In this document: one piece after another, positions 1 through 11,427 of the stretch | Layout: each line of letters opens with the position of its first letter | How positions within the stretch are numbered: position 1 is the first letter of the stretch | Assembly (NCBI RefSeq): GCF_037042905.1 | Contig: NW_026974140.1 | Coordinates: 19,468,001 to 19,532,000 of the forward strand | Origin: Lytechinus pictus | Taxonomy: Eukaryota | Direction of reading: 5' to 3' | Length of the DNA: 64,000 nucleotides | Position numbers and translations under genes: made by a program | Notes under the pieces: generated by a model | Seen by the model: the letters and a program-made list of their open reading frames with translations, nothing else | What the model was told of the DNA's origin: nothing | The model's database searches: none

Positions 1-156
1 CCACGACCACGTTATTTTCCATTATATAACAGCGTAAGGGACCTCGATAACGAGTATACTACTATAGCCGTCATCCGAGCCCCACACACGTGCGAATGCT
101 GGGACAAGCGCATTGGACGGGGCCAGTTTCGCGACTATCTTAGGATGCAAGCTTAA

Positions 157-400
157 TATATACTCGTGATATAGGCCCCGCTACTGTGTTGGAGTGTCTG
201 AAGTGCCGTAGTGCGGGGCCTATATAACGATTATAGTACTTTACTCGTGAAACAGGCCCCGCAAACGGACATTCTAAGCCATTCAACACAGCAGCGGGGC
301 CTATATCACGAGTATATATAGTGAGCTGAAGTTAGCAACCTAGATATTGAGGTAGTATAATCGATTACAAGTTTTTCTCGAGCGGGGCCTATATCACGAT
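157..400. repeat. Cluster of five TCGTGATATAGGCCCCGC-like motifs, mostly in alternating orientation
   Basis: Copies near 164 (+), 213 (-), 246 (+), 294 (-), 382 (-); 157-191 is the near-perfect reverse complement of 284-318. Confidence 0.8.
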
Positions 401-2464
401 TTTGCCACATTTATTTGCACACAGACCATTCCATAATTTGATATTTTAAAGTTTAAAATGATACCATATACTGATCAGTGCAGTGACCAAGACCAAGTCA
501 ATAAAAAATAGTTTAGTAACATCGCATGTTGTGTGAGTGGACCAAGTCGAGAAGTCCATGCCATGCCATGGGCATGGCCATGGACATGGTGACAAGTTCA
601 AGTTCTTGCCTGTTGTTGGTTGACTGAATTCAGTGCAAGATTAGCATTTATTTAAACTTCTTTTATAATTTTAATGAAGATTCTAAGTAATTTGGAATTG
701 CAATTCGTATTCTGTAATGTACGTATCAACAGACTTGCACGGGAACTAAAATATGTGCAAGAAATTAATTCAAAGACAAAGATTATTCAAACCACTCATT
801 CAGTGAACAAGGTTATATCATAACCTTGTTCATTGAATGAGTGGATATAACCTTGTTCTCGGTTAAATCTCCATGTGTGGCAAAATAAGGATGGCAATGT
901 TTGGCTTATTTTCTCTTTTTCTTTGGGACAAGTGCTTGATTTTTTTACACTGACAGTTTCCATTACACCTATTCGTCATACAACTTGGCCCTTTAAGTAA
1001 ATTTGATTCTTTAAATTATTTTTTTCTTAATTAAAAATATTATTTTCCACCAATAGAGGGCGTACACAAAAATATGCCCAAAATTCAAGTTTTTGAGCGC
1101 TCTAGTGAATACAAAAATTATTCCCAAGTTACTAATGAAAAATAAATTGCAACTGTACGGAAATAAGTAATTTTGGTCACAAAAGTGATATTTTTTAAAG
1201 TGTGTGCTCTGTACAGCATTGGCATGCCATAGTCCAACCTGTAGATTCCCCACAGGCAGGGTGGTTGCAGTAAACAAGTGATTCAAACAGTGCAAAAATG
1301 AGAATCTAGGTATAAAAAATGAACAATAATAATTAGATTAATACATACTCAGATTTCCACAGTCATTCAAACTCAAGTCTCTTAAAAAAACCCTGCATAT
1401 TTTTAATATAAATACAATTCAATCTATTGTGTTTTCATGTAGAGGTCGATTTTGTATACCATTAATTAATTCCTAAAATATTCATTTCAATCTTCATAAG
1501 AAATGAAAGTATTCATAACCATAATTGAAAATATAACATAATTTTTTTTGGTGGCCCGAAAAATATAAAGAAAAACATTAATTAAAAATGAATAAAACAA
1601 ACTTCTAAAATATTAATTCTGCAGCCACTACCACTAGGTTACTTTCACTTTGTACATCTTGTATGTAAATCTTGTTTGCTGTTATTTTACTTTGCTAATT
1701 GATTTGTGGTAATATATAAATTGTTCTATCATTGTAAATATGAAATGATTGAAAGAGAATAAAAGATTTGTATTGTTCTCAGGTTATGTGGACTTTAAAA
1801 AAAATCTCTGTATAGACACACACTCATAATAGTAAAGTAAATAAATAGTGCATAGCAAACTCAGATAGATGTACAAAACAGTACGTAAGATCATGGCAGT
1901 GACAAAAATGGAAATTGTCACACATTTTGTTTAATTCATCATTTATTATGCACTCCAAGTCTCCAATAAAAAGATAAATGCAGATTTGTTACCATATATG
2001 AGTTTATCCATGTGACATTATTGATTCACAGAGATCAGAGAAACTTCACTACATTTCTTTAGTTTAACTATTTTACTCTTGAGTGTTGTACTGTCAAACA
2101 TAGGCATGAATACATGTATATCTTTAATATGCAAGTCTTATCAAACACATGCATCATGATGCATGTAAATGGTATCTCTGTATTAACTTTTATTCTAAAG
2201 AATTATCCATTATCATTTTGCTCAAATAGCAATCTAGAATTTGTGTGTATTTGAAAAGTGACAGTTGGTAATCTAATATTTATTTTCCCTGTTTAAAATC
2301 TAGTAAAATGTTTTCCAAGAAGTTTTTTTTCCCCTCAACAAAACATTAAATGAAGACGACCAGTGACATTCTAGTTTTCCTCTATGTATGTATCATGTAG
2401 GCAAATATATTCATGAACAGTGCCTGGATTGGTAATTTTTTTCTTATCTTTTGTCCATACCAGA

Positions 2465-2737
2465 ATGAAAGAGAAAAGCAGCCCATTTAAATCTAGCTCA
2501 ATGAAATCGAGCATGAATCCTTCGACGACAAAATTGTCGTCTTCAACATCATCGCAGCGCAAGATGAATGGCTTTAGTACAACAGAGGATGACAGTCGTG
2601 ACTCCGGACATGGTCAGATATGTTGTTTGGTGGACGATGGTCAGCGCTGTTCAAGACCTGCAGGGAATGCATGCTATAGTAAACGTATTGCTAAGACAGT
2701 TCAACAGAGGAAATTAAAACTGACTATTGATCACAGT
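2465..2737 (+). CDS. SAP30L: SAP30/SAP30L (Sin3-HDAC complex subunit), coding exon 1 of 4; gene CDS span 2465-6938, 205 aa
   Basis: Acceptor cag at 2461-2463, ATG 2465, donor gtgagt at 2738. Encodes [13 protein letters not shown]...[42 protein letters not shown], recognisable as the SAP30L N-terminus and zinc finger. Confidence 0.95.
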
Positions 2738-3092
2738 GTGAGTATGCACATACATCAACTTCCAAATGACAATATTGAGAGGTGAACATGTTCTTGAAAG
2801 AATTATATTTGTGAGAAACCATTTATATTTATGTAATTTTGTGAAATAATTTATAATTAACCTTATTAGAGCTCTTTATCTTTTTACTTGCTTGTCAGTG
2901 AGTGCCAATCTCTCTCTTGTGAGCAGTGACTGTATCTTTTTTCAGCATCATCTTTTTTCAGATGTATTAACTTCATGAAGTTGTCATTGCCATAATTAGG
3001 TGATCATGAAAGTCATAGAAGTACACTGTTTCTTTGATATTGGTGATTTTTTTAAAATAATCATTATCTATCTTCATGGTATTTTTAAACAG

Positions 3093-3221
3093 GTGAGGCA
3101 TATCTATATCTGTGACTTTCACAAGTCTATGATACAAAGTGTTCGTAGTACCAAGAAGAGGAAGAAAGGAAGTGATGAAGATGGTGGAATATCTCCAGAT
3201 CATGATCTTGATGTACCAGAG
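3093..3221 (+). CDS. SAP30L: SAP30L coding exon 2 of 4
   Basis: ag|GTG...GAG|gt, 129 nt, phase 0. VRHIYICDFHKSMIQSVRSTKKRKKGSDEDGGISPDHDLDVPE (end of zinc finger, basic NLS, acidic linker). Confidence 0.95.
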
Positions 3222-3425
3222 GTATTTTCTTTGTGAATCATTTTTCAATCATTCACCAATTTATTTATCATGATGACTCAGAAATAAGAATTTTTTATTT
3301 ATTTTTTTTTATTTTATATATCCCAACAATAAAGACTGATAGGCCTTTCCTTTAAAAAAAAATCTTAGATCCTTAGTTGTATACAAGTGTGATATACTTG
3401 CAGTTTCCCCGGGAACACAAGTATT

Positions 3426-4184
3426 GGGCAATTCCAAGCAAAAGTGGAAATTTTCCAAAAATTTATTTTGGCTCTATTTTAATTCTGGATCAAATTTTTC
3501 TATCAAAACTCATATGGGATTTCATAAATACAAAAGGGGAACATAATTAGACACAAATTTTTTTCTTACGCATCTCCTTATAGGAGAATCCAAACCATAC
3601 AAAAAATTCTATACATGGGACTATGAATGTTTTTTTTCCTTAATTTCAATTTAGCGGAAAACTATTGCTTGTTTTGTAAAATTTTCTTTTGGATAATCTG
3701 AAGGTCATCATTTTACATCATATCAAAAGAAAGTTTTTTAAATATAAGTTCATTTTACGTTGCCTGTGGGTGAATATTTCAGATGTCACTCCGTAACCGA
3801 ATATGGGTTTATGTTTGAAGTTGTAATTACTGAAAAAATACACCAATTTTTAATGTAATGCAGCATATTAAAGCTAGAACAACATAGAATCCAATCAATA
3901 ACTCAAAATTGTGATAGCCATTTAAAGTTCACAGAGTTTGAGCAATATGTTTTCTCCTCAAATATGCATGTCCATTTTGCGTCACTCTGTAACCATGTTT
4001 ATGAATATTCATATCTCATAAATTCAGTGGATCAAAATAACAAATGTTATTATTTTTAAAGTGGGCTTCATCAACTACTGTCAGGTACCATTTCTTTGAA
4101 AATAACTATTTAAATATGGGTGATATCTTTGTTTGAATGCTAAAATTTGTTTCTGAATATCTCTCCATTACCTTGGAACTGCTC
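3426..4184. mobile_element. Non-autonomous DNA transposon with GRG termini and 4-bp TSD (Sola2-like), SAP30L intron 2
   Basis: TIRs GGGCAATTCCAAG / CTTGGAACTGCTC (11 of 13 match); TATT on both flanks. Confidence 0.6.
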
Positions 4185-4337
4185 TATTGATAGAGTTCAT
4201 TAAAACATGAAACCCAATTGCTCTTGAAATACCCGAAGCTTCAAGGGAGATAAACTATAAACCCATACCATACTGTACGTTTGTAACATTTACTGAAAAA
4301 TGTCATGAATGTCACTGACTATTTTCTTTCTCTACAG

Positions 4338-4436
4338 GTTGATTTGTTTCATTTACAAGTGAATACTTTAAGAAGATACAAGAGACATTATAAGATTCAG
4401 ACCAAACCAGGGCTCAACAAGGCACAACTTGCTGAT
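4338..4436 (+). CDS. SAP30L: SAP30L coding exon 3 of 4
   Basis: cag|GTT...GAT|gtaagt, 99 nt. VDLFHLQVNTLRRYKRHYKIQTKPGLNKAQLAD, Sin3-binding domain. Confidence 0.95.
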
Positions 4437-4556
4437 GTAAGTTCAAGGAACTATCACAAATTATGGGTGGGGGTATGTTTATTTCTTGCCGCAGCACTAT
4501 TTTGTTGTAGAATCCATTTTAAGAAGCAGTTTTCTAATGAAAATTGATATTCTTAA

Positions 4557-5312
4557 CCCTAAAAAGACTGGGGGGGGGGGGCTGATTCAGCCCCCCCCTC
4601 GACATTTTTCGCGATAAATCCGCCGCTTGAAAGTTTTTGACCGTGTCACTTGCTGACTTTTTACTTTCAAGTCTCGCGCGACTTTCGAGACCAAAATTGT
4701 GACCCCCGGGTACGCGGTTCCGAAATTACGCAACATTTTGTAAGTGCATGCAGACCCAAAATTACTCAAAAACGTAAATTTGTGTACAAATCCAATGCAA
4801 ATAGTGTTTTTAGCCAAAATTCATAAATGTATCATTATTTTTCCTTTTACTGCTTAAAATCAATTAATTTTATCTTTTTAATGGTAAAAATAAAGTCCCC
4901 GATAATTTCCATTGAAAAACAATAAAAAACAAAAAGTCAAAAAACAAAGAAATACATAAGAAATTTAGAAAACAATAGAATACATAAGAAAATAAATGTG
5001 ATGTTGAAATTTTTTAAAAATAAATTTGATCAGATGCCTATCTAGAGTATGTGAAACAAAAATTACCATTTTAGGGGCATTATTTTATTAATTAGAGCAA
5101 ACTTATGATTTTACGCATAAATTAGCATAATTAATGAGCAATGAGATTTTTTGCAGAATTTGATATTATAGTTTTGTTGATAATGCCATGGGTAACGCGT
5201 GTGCCAATTTTCGTCGCGATCGCGCGGTCGACGGCCGAGATCATAAGGGGGGGCTGAATCAGCCCCCCCCCCCAGTCTTCTTAGGCGTCGAAATAGCCCA
5301 GTCTATTTAGGG
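4557..5312. mobile_element. piggyBac-like non-autonomous element, SAP30L intron 3
   Basis: TTAA-CCCTAAAAAGACTGGG ... CCCAGTCTATTTAGGG-TTAA; TTAA TSD; internal inverted subterminal repeat ggggggctga(t/a)tcagccccc. Confidence 0.88.
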
Positions 5313-5479
5313 TTAACACATGGAAAAGGACTTCATTAGTTTTTATTTTTGTGTGTGGGGGGGGGGGGGTTACTTTGTAGAAATAGTAACGATCCTACAA
5401 ACCCCTTTGAGAGAGGTATTTATATGATTTTTTTGCCATGGTCAGCAGTGACATAGCTCAGGATGGGGGAAGTGGGCAT

Positions 5480-6440
5480 GTAGGGGAGATCGCGGTTAGT
5501 TGGAGCGTGGGGTAAAGTTGAAACATTGTGTAATTTTCTTTAACGCCTGTAAAATGAATTTATGCAATACTGCCCTCAATTTATTGCTATTAATGGTACA
5601 ACACTTTTATATTATTAATAGCAATAAATTGTGGGCAGTGTTGCATAAATTTATTTTACAGGCGTTAACCCTTATTAAACTGGGGGGGGGGGTCAGTTTG
5701 ATCCCCCCCCCCTCAACAAATTTTGTCACTACGCCGTCGCACAAATTTTTTTGACTACGCCGCTCACTGACTTTTTACTTTCAAGTCTTGCTTATCTTTT
5801 GAGACCAAAATTACGCAACGTTTTGTAAGTGCATGTCAGACCAGAAATTGCTCAAAAACGTGATTCCGTGTAAAAAATCAATGCAAATTGTGTTTTTCGA
5901 CCAAAAATCATAAGTGTATGATTATTTTTAGTTTTGTTGGTTTAAATGGATTTATTTTATGCTATTTATGATCACAAAAGGGTCCTCGACAAAGTTCATT
6001 GGGAAAAACAATAAAAAACAAAGAAATACATAAGAATTAAAAAAACATAAAATACATAAGAAATTAATTATATTTTTGCTATTTGTTTGTAGATATTTGT
6101 TAGAAATGTTATAATTGATACTCCCACCAAAAATTTGCATTCTACTAGCTATATAAATTGAGTTAAAGGCAAATACATACACAAAAAAACAAATTTATGG
6201 CAAATTTCATATGCTTATTTGCATAATTAATAAAAAATAAAAAATAAAAAAAATTGAAAATTTTACTATACACTCAAAGTAGTTTAAATCCGGCAAATTT
6301 TCGCGGCGATTGCGCAATCAGTGGCCGAGATCTGAGGCCCCAGTATATACTGGTCCGAAATAGCCCAGTTAAGATAGGGTTAAAGAAAATTACAATGTTT
6401 CAACTTACCCCGCGTTCCAACTAACCCCGATCTCCCCTAC
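5480..6440. mobile_element. Palindromic MITE (about 245 bp when restored) interrupted by the piggyBac-like element
   Basis: gtaggggagatcgcggttagttggagcg...gttgaaacattgt mirrored by acaatgtttcaacttaccccgcgttccaactaaccccgatctcccctac; right arm split at a TTAA. Confidence 0.85.
5669..6379. mobile_element. Second, diverged piggyBac-like element of the same family, nested in a palindromic MITE
   Basis: TTAA-CCCT...AGGG-TTAA; internal similarity to 4557-5312 (ctgactttttactttcaagtct, gtaagtgcatg, cgaaatagcccagt). Confidence 0.85.
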
Positions 6441-6821
6441 CCCGGGATCAACTTTCAGGATGGCAGCAAAAAAAAAAGAAAAAAAGAGAAGGTGAAAAAG
6501 GAAGAATTAAGGAAGAAAAACAAACCCTAGTCTAATCTTGTAAACCTTCTGGTGTTAATAGGGCATGATTTCATTGCAGACTCCCAGTTTCAGATTCTGG
6601 TTGGGCAACTACCGTATGTCATACTGGCACTGCGTTTCAACTGTTGGAGGGGACGCAATGCTAGCACTTGTCCTGTGTCCTGCTTTCATTCAAATGCAAT
6701 TGGTTTTTTTTAGTAGATAATTTTTCCTGTATTAATCAATGTTAAGCAAGATAGGATATCTTTACAAAAATATGCGGTCATAATTATAATTGTTTTTTGT
6801 ATCCCTTTAATCATTTTACAG

Positions 6822-6938
6822 ATGGTTGCCAGGCATTTCAGGACCATTCCAGTGAGAGAAAAAGAAGCTCTGACTTATTTTATCTACATGGTTAAGAATA
6901 ATAAGAGTCGCTTTGACCAAAAACATGACCACAGCTAG
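6822..6938 (+). CDS. SAP30L: SAP30L coding exon 4 of 4 (not in the ORF track)
   Basis: cag| then MVARHFRTIPVREKEALTYFIYMVKNNKSRFDQKHDHS and TAG; matches the SAP30-family C-terminal HF..IPV.EKE.L.YFIYMVK pattern. Confidence 0.95.
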   Translation: MVARHFRTIPVREKEALTYFIYMVKNNKSRFDQKHDHS

Positions 6939-8005
6939 AAATCATAAAACCAATACGTACGTGTATAGCCTGTCTAGACCAGTGCACATAGAGGTGAATT
7001 GTGGAATGGTCTAATCCCAATCTGTCTATCCTAATAATGATAAAAACATACCTCTTTTGGTCTCAGTCCACTTGGTCTAATCCACTTTTTTAACCAGCTT
7101 TTCTACTAGATATTCAATTTAATTGTCATTTTAATAGACCATTAAATTTTTGCGTAATTTTTAATGTGAACATACCATTTAACTTACTTGGTTTATAATT
7201 TAAATCCACTAGTCTACATGATCAGGCAACTGGTTATGGGCAAAAAGGATAAGCCCTAGTTGTACAGCCGGGCAAGCTGAGAATTAGACCAACTGGGAGG
7301 TTGACCAACTGGTAATAGACCAATGAGGTTTTGCAGGAAGCTTACATTCATTTGCAAATGAAGCATAAGACCCAAAATCAAGCATAATTTTGAGTTGCAA
7401 TGGAATGCAAATCAACTATGAATTTTCTATTGAACAAAGGATTTATGTTTGATTTTGGGACTTACGCCTGAATGGGAACTGAACACAGACCTTCTGCAAT
7501 GCCCCCCCCCTACGCGAATATCAACATCATCTAGATATAGATCCATCATGATTATATGACAGCTGTAAAGCGAAATCATCCATGTGAGAATCTCAATTTT
7601 CACTGCTTGATATTTCAAAGTCCTGCCAAAAGCATAACTTGGGGAATGTTTCACAAAGATTTAAGTGTGATTTAGAATCGCACTGAATTCGTTTTTTGCA
7701 CGCAGTATGAAAGGAATCATTGCACTGGTCAAATCATGCTATAATGATGTGAGCTTTTGTGTTAAGTTTGCTCTATTTATATCATGTCCATGTCGGCATT
7801 TATGCACGACTCTTAAGTCATACTTACCATGTAAAGATAATTTCAATCTATTCTTTGTTTATTGTAAATACTGTTTTTCAAATTGTAAAGTAATTGCTTC
7901 TATTTATGTAGCTGTTTGTAAATAGCTTCTCATTGTGTATTTGCAATAATTTTTGTTCCTCAATATTGATTGTTTTCTGGAGTGTCAAGCGCCCTCTAAG
8001 ATCAG

Positions 8006-8788
8006 GGGGTGTATTCTGAAAATTGTCTTAAGAGAAATAATCTTGTATCTTTAGAGTTACAATAAAATCCGTATTCTGAAAACTCTTGTATCTTTTCTTG
8101 TAACTTTCACTAAGCGCTTATGACGTCAGAGTTACAATGATGCGTAAAGTTAAGAACGGCGCATAGATCTCTGTGCGCAAGATAACATATCGAGATAAAA
8201 GGTATTCTGAAAATTCTTTGCGTTCTGTTAACTTCCTTGCAAAATACAAGAAAATTTACAAGAGGTAGGGGGCTATTGTAACTTAATGTTGAATGCGATA
8301 TTTCTCGGTCAGCAATAACAATTTCTTCCTGCATCCCGCAAGAACATCATGTTTTATAAAAGGAGACATTACAAAGACGTTATAACAACGGATTGGTAGA
8401 CTTCAGCAATTGAAAATTGGCATTCGAGATGATGAATCTTTTCAGAGAAAATATGACTCTGAGAAAAGCCACGTGTATTTTAGCCGATTTTAGCATAGTA
8501 GTGTACAGGCATAAGCGTCGGTGGCGCAAAGGAAATTACGCCGCATGTCAACAATGCGCTTAATTATTTTTTTAGAAGGGATGCTTCTATTGGTTGACCG
8601 AAGCATATAAAAAGTTTGATTGGTTGATGACAAAATATTAGGCATGTCGGAGATAAAATAGGGGAAGTCCTTACAGAGATGAGACAATTTTCAGAATACT
8701 GATTTAAGATAATTTTAGCGAGCTGTTATCTTGCTGACTTACAAGAAAAGTTACAAGAAAAGTTAGGACAATTTTCAGAATACCACCC
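8006..8788. mobile_element. PIF/Harbinger-like non-autonomous element
   Basis: TIRs ggggtgtattctgaaaattgtc / gacaattttcagaataccaccc; CAG on both flanks; subterminal gtattctgaaaa repeats. Confidence 0.75.
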
Positions 8789-9552
8789 CAGGTTTTTTTC
8801 ATATATTAAAAAAAAAAATCAATATTGACATGCAGCTTTTGAAGATTCCCATAACCATTCTTTACAATAGAATGATAAATTTCACAGAGACATGAAGAAC
8901 TTTTCACAAATTTTGGCATGCAATATATATTCATGTAGTAGCAAGTTGTGTAATCATAGGCATTAAGTTCAAATTGTTTAGTTAAAAATCTATTCTGAGA
9001 CACATTATTATTATTGTTGCCCCAGCCTTGTCTGGGTACCCATTCACTTCAGTCTGGAAGTTGAGATGAATCTCTTGCTGAAAGAAATTATTTCCATTTG
9101 AACCCATGAGCCTCTGAATAAAAACAACAAAAATAAATGTCATGAAAAGTTTTTTTTATGCATTTACTAATCTGAGATCAAATGATGAGAGAAAATAATG
9201 AATGGATAGGCCTAATGCATTCTACCTGAAATTGATGTTGCAACACAAAATTAAGTTAGTCTCTTTTGAATGCATGCTGATGATGAGTGTATTCCTTTAC
9301 AACATTTCCACATCAACTTCATAGTTAATATTGAACAAGCTGTCTTCACTTGGTATGGACAATAGTTTTCATGATCTTCAAAACATCAGACCAGAGAGTT
9401 GTTGCATTAGACTAACTTCACTTGGCAATTATGGTAACTATCATGGGAACACTAGTCAACAATCAATATCATTATGATTTGTGCATCTCTATTGGGATTA
9501 TGTATTATGTAGTGTCAATTAGCCATAAGCATCTTTTCATAATGGATAGCAG

Positions 9553-9815
9553 CGCCCCGTCTTACAAAGAGTTACGATTGATACAATCAATCTCAAGTAT
9601 ATGGAAATCCATCAATGTCATAATTTTTTTCTTTAGGAAATTTGCTCAATGTCCTTTGAAAATAAGGAGAAGTATACTGAATTTTCAAGAAAACAGTGAA
9701 TGTATGAATATACATCATTTCTAGAAAATATTTTGAACAAACATTTATTTTAGATGTTGATGTTTCCATAGTTTCGATTGATCGGATGAATCGCAATTCT
9801 TTGTTAGACGGGCCC
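9553..9815. mobile_element. Harbinger-like MITE
   Basis: Imperfect TIRs gccccgtcttacaaagagttacgatt / aatcgcaattctttgttagacgggccc; flanks cag/ctg. Confidence 0.65.
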
Positions 9816-11240
9816 CTGGTGTGTTACAAATGTCCATGTTATTATTATTACCCATTATGCAGAGTTAGGTATATAGATAGTATGTCATTGTCAGTGATTT
9901 TCAGTGATTATGGAGAATTTTTAATATTTAGATATTACTCTCATTTTGCTCAAATTGTGATTCCATGTTCATTCATTTGGGCTTTTTTGTTTGTTTTAAA
10001 AGTCATTTAGTCATTTGATACTTACAAACTTTTCTCATATGCAACATTTCTGGAGGTTTTTGTGATCCCCATTTTTTAACATGACAATTTGAATGTGCCA
10101 TTTTTCGATATGTGTTCTAGGTTAATCTATTACATTTATATATTTTATTTTAACTGATTTTGTAGTTATTTAGAAACCTTGAAGGGAATTGATTATTAGC
10201 ATGAACAGTGAAAACAGTATATAAAGACCACATATACTTTGAGAGAGAATAGAATCTTGCCTTTCAGGTTTTTGGTCTTCATTGACATGCTTCCTTTGGT
10301 ATCCAATGAAAAAAAAAGGAAGAATACATACTTTGTAGAGAATTGCTAGTGACTACAATAGGCAAGTGGTTAACAATGTATGTGGTCATGTGCTCTTAGA
10401 AATACATAATGGAATTTATTGTCTAGATCTTTGGTTATTTAATATTTTTATTTATTGTGAAAAATCTTTGAATGAAATTATTACATAGATGAACATGTAC
10501 AATTTGTTTTCATAGTTGTGTATTTCAGTTTTCAATATCTTTTGAAATTTAATTGTTGATTTTTTTTTTACTTGCTTTCATATTCAATATTTCAAATCAG
10601 AATTTATTTTCAATATTGGTATTTTCCTTTTCCCCCAAGAGGCCTGTTTTTTCTTTATTTCTTGTATTGTGAAATTTTTGAGAACGTTTTTGTTCTGTAC
10701 AGCTATTTATCAATTTGTACAATATAAATGTAGCATTTGATAATTATAATTTGCATTTGTGTCAGTGAAGAAAATAATGTGTTGGACCTTTTTATTCCTA
10801 TGTGATTGTGGTTGGTTAGGTAGATAGTAGGTAGCTGGGGTGAAATGCTTCATGTTCTATTTACACTTTGTCCTCATCCCACATGGTCTAATCCTAGTTT
10901 ATCTACAACCAGTTCATCTACTAACTAATTAATCTAATTGCCACTTATCCCCATACCATTTGGTCCTGCACCACTGTGTATATGACTACTGAACTGTTTA
11001 TAAACCTAATATTCACTTGCCAAATTATGAAAAGGTATAGCGATGGAGTTGAAATTAGACCATCTGGGTATGAGAGCAAATGTTAAACCAAATGATAATT
11101 ATACCTTATTAATAGTAGACAAAGTGGGTTTAGCCATGACCATGCTATATGAACTGAAAATTAGACTTGCTAGTAGACCATATTATAGGTGTAGCTATGA
11201 TGGTGTTAGTTTATCTGAGTATAACACCACCAGCTTGAAG

Positions 11241-11427
11241 CAGTGTTGGATCCGGGGGGGGGGGGCACATCCGGTCTGTGCCCCCCTCCTCTTGATAGCC
11301 ATGCAAAATGTTATAGTGGAAAATGTGGATATTCCTGGGAAGATATCTTTTTTTGTCCGTTTTTTTTTTTGGGGGGGGGGTAACAAAAAATGCTCCTCCC
11401 CTTTTGGAAAAACCTGGATCTACCCTG
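11241..11427. mobile_element. Short hAT-like MITE
   Basis: cagtgttggatcc ... ggatctaccctg termini; flanks gcttgaag / gcttgtag (8 bp, 1 mismatch). Confidence 0.6.
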
